NCBI RefSeq assembly: GCF_009914755.1
Contig: NC_060948.1
Source: the human T2T-CHM13v2.0 reference genome, Homo sapiens
DNA length: 64,000 bases
Reading direction: 5' to 3' (one strand)
A model generated the notes under the pieces. That model did not search any database, was not told the DNA's origin, and saw only the letters and a list, made by a program, of their open reading frames with translations. A program made the translations under genes and the position numbers. How positions within the stretch are numbered: position 1 is the stretch's first letter; each line of letters opens with the position of its first letter. Shown here piece after piece: positions 57,501 through 64,000 of this stretch.

Positions 57501-60500
57501 TGAATTGGAATGGAGTGGAGTGGAATGGAGTGGATTCCAGTGGACTGGAGTGGATTTGATTTTAATGGAATGGAATAGACTGGATTGGAGTGGTGTAGAG
57601 TGCAGTGGATTGGAGTGGAGAGGAATGGAGTGGAGTGAAGTCGAGTTGAGTGGAATGGAATGGAGTGGAGCAGAGTGGAATACAAAAGAATGAAGTGGAT
57701 TGGTGTGGAATGGAATGGCGTGGAATGGAGTGGAATAGAATGGAATGGAATCGCATGGAAGGATATCAAATCCAATGGAATCGAACGAAAATTATGAATC
57801 CAATGGAATCGAAAGGATTCCAAAGGAACGGATTCGAAAGGCATTTAATGGAATGGAAAGGTATGCAGTGAAGTGGAGTGGAGTGGAGTGGATTGTTTTA
57901 GAGTGAAATGGGGTGGATTGGAACACTATGTGGTGGAGTGGAGTGTAGTGGATCGGAGTGGAGTGCCGTGGAGTGGACTAGAGTGGGGTGGAGTGGAGTG
58001 CATTGGAGTGGAATGGAGTGGAGTGGGGTGGAATGGAATGGAATGGCATCAAATCGCATGGTAATGAATCAAATGGAATCAAATGGAATGAAATAATGGA
58101 ATTGAAGGCAAACGAATGGAATCGAATTGCACTGATTCTACTGACTTCGAAGAAAATGAAATGAAATGCGGTGAAGTGGAGTGGAGTGGAATGTATTAGG
58201 GTGGAATGGAATTGAATGGTGTGGAGTGTAGTGGAGTGCCCAGGAGTGGAATGGGAAGAAATGGAATTGAACGGAGTGGAGTGGAGTGGAATGGAGGGTA
58301 ATGGAGTGGAATGGAGTGGAGTGGAGTAGAGTGGAATGGGTTGGAGTGGAATGCAGAGGACAGGAGTGGAGTGTGGTGGACTGGAGTGGAGTGGAGTTGA
58401 GTGGAGTGGATTGGATTGAAATAGAGCGGAGCAGAGTGGAATGGAATTGAATCACATGGTACTGAATCAAATCGAATGGAATTAAATCGAATGAAAAAAC
58501 GGAATCAAAAGCAAACGAATGGAGTCAAACCACATTGGTTAGACTGACATCGAATAATATCAAAAGAAATGTGGTGAAGTGGAGTGGAGTGTAATGAAAT
58601 GGGGTGGAATGAAATTGAATGGAGTGGAGTGGAGTGGAGTCTACTGGAGTGGAATGGAAGGGAATGGAAAGGAATGGAATAGAATGAAGTGAAGTGCAGT
58701 GCAGTGAAATGGAGTGGAAAGGAATGGAATGGAAAGAATTGAATCAAATGGAATCGAAGTGAATCGAATCTAATGAAATTCAACGCAAAAAATGGAATGA
58801 GTAGAATCGAAAAAGATGGTTTCATATGGCAACAAATAAAATTGAATTGAATGCGGTGAGGTGGAGGGGATTGGAATGGAGTTGAATGGAATGGGGTGTA
58901 ATTGAATTGAATGGAGTGGAGTGGAGTGAACTGGAGTGCAATGGAATGGAATGGCCAGGCATGGAATTGAAAGGCGTGGAGTGGAGTGGAATTGAGAGGA
59001 GTGGAATGGAGTAGGGTGGATTGTGGTGGAGAATATTGGAAAAGAGTGGAGTGGAATGGAATGGAATGGAGTGGAGTGGAATGGAATGGAATTGAGTGAA
59101 GTGGAGTGTAGTGGAATGGAGTGTAATGGAGTGGAGTGGACTGGAGTGGAGTAGATTGCAGTGCATTGGACTGTAGGGGATAGAAGTGGCTTGGAGTCCA
59201 TAGGAGTGGAGTGGAATGGAATGGAATGGAGTGGAATGGACTGGAACGGAATGGAATGGAATGGATTTAAATGGCAGGGAATCAAATCGAATTGAATCAT
59301 ATTGAATCAAGTCGAATCGATTGGAGGAAAGAAATCGAATGAAATCGAATGGAATGAATTGAATGGAGTCGAATGTCAACCATGGAATCGGAAGTAATGT
59401 GGTAAAGTGGAGTGGAGTGTTATGGAGTGGAATGGAATGGGGTGACATGGAATTGAATACAGTGGAGAGGAGTGGAGTGGATTGGGCTAGAGTGGAACGG
59501 AAAGGGAAGGAATGGAACTGAATGGAGTGGAGTGGAATGGAGTGGAATGGAATGGAATGGAATGGAATGGAATGGAGTGGAATGGAATCGAATCACATGG
59601 AACTGAATGAAACCGAATTGAATGAAATTGAATGGAGAAAATGGAATCAAATGGAATCAAATCGAACGAATTCGAATGTCATTGAATGGAATCGAAAGGA
59701 ATGCAGTGAGGTGGGGTTGAGTGGAATGGAGTGGAATGGAATGGGATGAATGGAATTGAATGGAGGAGAGTGGAATGGAATGGAATGGAAAGGAATGGAA
59801 TTGAACAAAATTGAGTGTAATAGAATGGAGTGGATTGGAGTGGAGTGCAGGGGAGTGCAGTGGAATGAAGAGGAGTGTAGTTGAATGGAATGGAATGTAT
59901 GGAATGTACTGGAATAGAATGGATAAGAATGGAATGGAATGGAATCGCATGGAATTGAATAGAATCAAATCGAATTGAATAGAATCAAATGGAAAAAATG
60001 GAGTCAAATGGAATCGAATGGCATAGAATCGAACTGTTTTGAATGGCAGTGAATGGAAACGAATGGAATGCGATGAAGTGGAGCAGAGTGGAGTTGAAAG
60101 GAGTGCAATGGAATAGGGCGGAACTGAATTTAATGGAACAGAGTGGATTGGAGTGGACTGGAGTGGAATGGAATGGGAAGGAATGGGTTTGAAATTAGTG
60201 GCGTGCAGTGGAGTGGAGTGGCATGGAGTGGAGTGGAGTGGAATGGATTGGAATGCAATGGAGTGGAATGGAGTGGATTGGAATGGAATGGAGTGCAGAG
60301 GAATGGAATGGAATGGTATAGAGTGGACAGGAATGGAGTGGAGCGGATTGTAATGGAATGCAATGGAATGGAATGGTATGGAACTGAATGGACTGGAATG
60401 GAATGGAATAGAATGGAATCACAGGGAATCAAATTGGATTGAATCGAATCGAATGGAAAAAATGAAATCAAATGAAATTGAATGGAATCGAAATGAATGT

Positions 60501-61590
60501 AAACAATGGAATCCAATGGAATCCAATGGAATCGAATCAAATGGTTTTGAATGGCATAAAATGAAATTGCAAGGAAGGCAGTGAATTGGAGTGGAGTGGA
60601 ATAGAGAGGAATTAATTGGAATGGAGTGGAGCGGAATGGAGTGGATTCCAGTGGAGTGGAGTGGATTGGATTGGAATGGAATGGAATAGACTGGATTGGA
60701 GTGGTGTAGAGTGCAGTGGATTGGAGTGGAGAGGAATGGAGTGGAGTGAAGTCGAGTTGAATGGAATGGAATGGAGTGGAGCAGAGTGGAATGCAAAAGA
60801 ATGAAGTGGATTGGTGTGGAATGGAATGGCGTGGAATGGAGTGGAATAGAATGGAATGGAATCGCATGGAAGGATATCAAATCCAATGGAATCGAAGGAA
60901 AATTATGAATCCAATGGAATCGAAAGGATTCCAAAGGAACGGATTCGAAAGGCATTTAATGGAATGGAAAGGTATGCAGTGAAGTGGAGTGGAGTGGAGT
61001 GGATTGGTTTAGAGTGAAATGGGGTGGATTGGAACACTATGTGGTGGAGTGGAGTGTAGTGGATCGGAGTGGAGTGCCGTGGAGTGGACTAGAGTGGGGT
61101 GGAGTGGAGTGCATTGGAGTGGAATGGAGTGGAGTGGGGTGGAATGGAATGGAATGGCATCAAATCGCATGGTAATGAATCAAATGGAATCAAATGGAAT
61201 GAAATAATGGAATCGAAGGCAAACGAATGGAATCGAATTGCACTGATTCTACTGACTTCGAAGAAAATGAAATGAAATGCGGTGAAGTGGAGTGGAGTGG
61301 AATATATTAGGGTGGAATGGAATTGAATGGTGTGGAGTGGATTGGAGTGTCCAGGAGTGGAATGGGAAGAAATGGAATTGAACGGAGTGGAGTGGAGTGG
61401 AATGGAGGGTAATGGAGTGGAATGGAGTGGAGTGGAGTAGAGTGGAATGGGTTGGAGTGGAATGCAGAGGACAGGAGTGGAGTGTGGTGGACTGGAGTGG
61501 AGTGGAGTTGAGTGGAGTGGATTGGATTGAAATAGAGCGGAGCAGAGTGGAATGGAATTGAATGACATGGTACTGAATCAAATCGAATGG
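49150..61590. repeat. Recent 6216-bp (two-unit) tandem duplication
   Basis: ORF and variant coordinates recur at exactly +6216 (49204/55420, 52289/58505, 53914/60130, 55033/61249; private GAATTC at 53452/59668). Only about four substitutions were spotted by eye between the copies. Confidence 0.92.
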
Positions 61591-64000
61591 AATTAAATCG
61601 AATGAAAAAACGGAATCAAAAGCAAACGAATGGAGTCAAACCACATTGGTTAGACTGACATCGAATTATATCAAAAGAAATGTGGTGAAGGTGAGTGGAG
61701 TGTAATGAAATGGGGTGGAATGAAATTGAATGGAGTGGAGTGGAGTGGAGTGGAGTCTACTGGAGTGGAATGGAATGGAATGGAAAGGAATGGAATAGAA
61801 TGGAGTGAAGTGCAGTGCAGTGAAATGGAGTGGAAAGGAATGGAATGGAAAGAATTGAATCAAATGGAATCGAAGTGAATCGAATCTAATGAAAGTGAAC
61901 CCAAAAAATGGAATGAGTAGAATCGAAAAAGATGGTTTCAAATGGCAACAAATAAAATTGAATGGAATGCGGTGAGGTGGAGGGGATTGGAATGGAGTTG
62001 AATGGAATGGGGTGTATTTGAATTGAATGGAGTGGAGTGGAGTGAACTGGAGTTCAATGGAATGGAATGGGCAGGCATGGAATTGAAAGGCGTGGAGTGG
62101 AGTGGAATTGAGAGGAGTGGAATGGAGTAGGGTGGATTGTGGTGGAGAATATTGGAAAAGAGTGGAGTGGAATGGAATGGAATGGAGTGGAGTGGAATGG
62201 AATGGAATTGAGTGAAGTGGAGTGTAGTGGAATGGAGAGTAATGGAGTGGAGTGGACTGGAGTGGAGTAGATTGCAGTGCATTGGACTGTAGGGGATAGA
62301 AGTGGCTTGGAGTCCATAGGAGTGGAGTGGAATGGAATGGAATGGACTGGAATGGACTGGAACGGAATGGAATGGAATGGATTTAAATGGCAGGGAATCA
62401 AATCGAATTGAATCATATTGAATCAAGTCGAATCGAGTGGAGGAAAGAAATCGAATGAAATCGAATGGAATGAATTGAATGGAGTCGAATGTCAACCATG
62501 GAATCGAAAGTAATGTGGTAAAGTGGAGTGGAGTGTTATGGAGTGGAATGGAATGGGGTGACATGGAATTGAATACAGTGGAGAGGAGTGGAGTGGATTG
62601 GGCTAGAGTGGAACGGAAAGGGAAGGAATGGAACTGAATGGAGTGGAGTGGAATGGAGTGGAATGGAATGGAACGGAATGGAACGGAATGGAGTGGAATG
62701 GAATCGAATCACATGGAACTGAATGAAACCGAATTGAATGAAATTGAATGGAGAAAATGGAATCAAATGGAATCAAATCGAACGGATTCGAATGTCATTG
62801 AATGGAATCGAAAGGAATGCAGTGAGGTGGGGTTGTGTGGAATGGAGTGGAATGGAATGGGATGAATGGAATTGAATGGAGGGGAGTGGAATGGAATGGA
62901 ATGGAAAGGAATGGAATTGAACAAAATGGAGTGTAGTAGAATGGAGTGGATTGGAGTGGAGTGCAGGGGAGTGCAGTGGAATGAAGAGGAGTGCAGTTGA
63001 ATGGAATGGAATGTATGGAATGTACTGGAATAGAATGGATAAGAATGGAATGGAATGGAATCGCATGGAATTGAATAGAATCAAATCGAATTGAATAGAA
63101 TCAAATGGAAAAAATGGAGTCAAATGGAATCGAATGGCATAGAATCGAACGGTTTTGAATGTCAGTGAATGGAAACGAATGGAATGCGATGAAGTGGAGC
63201 AGAGTGGAGTGGAAAAGAGTGCAATGGAATAGGGTGGAACTGAATTTAATGGAACAGAGTGGATTGGAGTGGACTGGAGTGGAATGGAATGGGAAGGAAT
63301 GGGATTGAATTTAGTGGCGTGCAGTGGAGTGGAGTGGCATGGAGTGGAGTGGAGTGGAATGGAGTGGAATGGAATGGAGTGGAATGGAGTGGATTGGAAT
63401 GGAATGGAGTGCAGAGGAATGGAATGGAATGGTATAGAGTGGACAGGAATGGAGTGGAGCGGATTGGAATGGAATGGAATGGGATGGAACTGAATGGACT
63501 GGAATGGAATGGAATAGAATGGAATCACAGGGAATCAAATTGGATTGAATCGAATCGAATGGAAAAAATGAAATCAAATGAAATTGAATGGAATCGAAAT
63601 GAATGTAAACAATGGAATCCAATGGAATCCAATGGAATCGAATCAAATGGTTTTGAATGGCGTAAAATGAAATCGCAAGGAAGGCAGTGAATTGGAGTGG
63701 AGTGGAATAGAGAGGAATGAATTGGAATGGAGTGGAGTGGAATGGAGTGGATTCCAGTGGAGTGGAGTGGATTGGATCGGAATGGAATGGAATAGACTGG
63801 ATTGGAGTGGTGTAGAGTGCAGTGGATTGGAGTGGAGAGGAATGGAGTGGAGTGAAGTCGAGTTGAGTGGAATGGAATGGAGTGGAGCAGAGTGGAATGC
63901 AAAAGAATGAAGTGGATTGGTGTGGGATGGAATGGCGTGGAATGGAGTGGAATAGAATGGAATGGAATCGCATGGAAGGATATCAAATCAAATGGAATCG

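Larger units (their letters stand above)
1..64000. repeat. Satellite III (HSat3)-type pentamer array, (GGAAT/GGAGT)n on + strand; continues past both window edges
   Basis: Every line consists of GGAAT and variants (GGAGT, GGATT, CGAAT, CAAAT, TGAAT). The + strand is strongly purine-rich and C-poor. No strand switch or foreign insertion was seen. (GGAAT)n/(CATTC)n is the established HSat3 consensus. Confidence 0.97.
1..64000. repeat. Tandem higher-order repeat, ~3.11 kb unit, ~20.5 copies
   Basis: A landmark (lower coordinate of the recurring 110-aa pseudo-ORF, within CACTGATTCTACTGACTTCG) recurs at 2130, 5271, 8392, 11493, 14604, 17730, 20805, 23926, 27026, 30117, 33233, 36347, 39457, 42577, 45703, 48817, 51922, 55033, 58138 and 61249. 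Spacings are 3141, 3121, 3101, 3111, 3126, 3075, 3121, 3100, 3091, 3116, 3114, 3110, 3120, 3126, 3114, 3105, 3111, 3105 and 3111. Confidence 0.97.

Noticed and set aside
388-63910. Plus-strand MEWNG/VEWSG ORFs
   Set aside because: These are direct translations of GGAAT/GGAGT and are well-known spurious low-complexity predictions.
1-64000. CRISPR-like or prokaryotic repeat/defence system
   Set aside because: There are no unique spacers, cas-like genes or any complex coding sequence; the window is entirely eukaryotic-type satellite.
1-64000. Inversions, Alu/L1 insertions, DYZ2/HSat1 blocks, alpha satellite or CENP-B boxes
   Set aside because: None were seen. The strand bias is constant and the unit spacings leave no room for insertions.

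Overview
The whole 64 kb window is one uninterrupted, single-orientation array of GGAAT/GGAGT pentamer satellite of the human/hominid Satellite III (HSat3) type, with the purine-rich strand on +. I see no genes, RNA genes, transposons or CRISPR arrays; all listed ORFs are translation artefacts of the pentamer. The array has four nested levels of structure. (1) Degenerate 5-mers. (2) Eight ancient sub-repeats of 282-551 bp per unit, each a GGAGT/GGAAT block followed by a CGAAT/CAAAT block. (3) A ~3.11 kb higher-order unit present in ~20.5 near-identical tandem copies (19 measured periods 3075-3141 bp, mean ~3112). (4) Recent multi-unit duplications, including a 6216-bp tandem duplication whose junction maps to ~41 bp and a ~7 kb block recopied ~12.47 kb downstream. 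From memory, the unit length fits the '3.1-kb repeat' described at the human Yq11/Yq12 (DYZ18-DYZ1) transition; I could not verify this by alignment. I found no new gene system. The interest lies in satellite architecture and evolution, plus a few speculative RNA-processing motifs.
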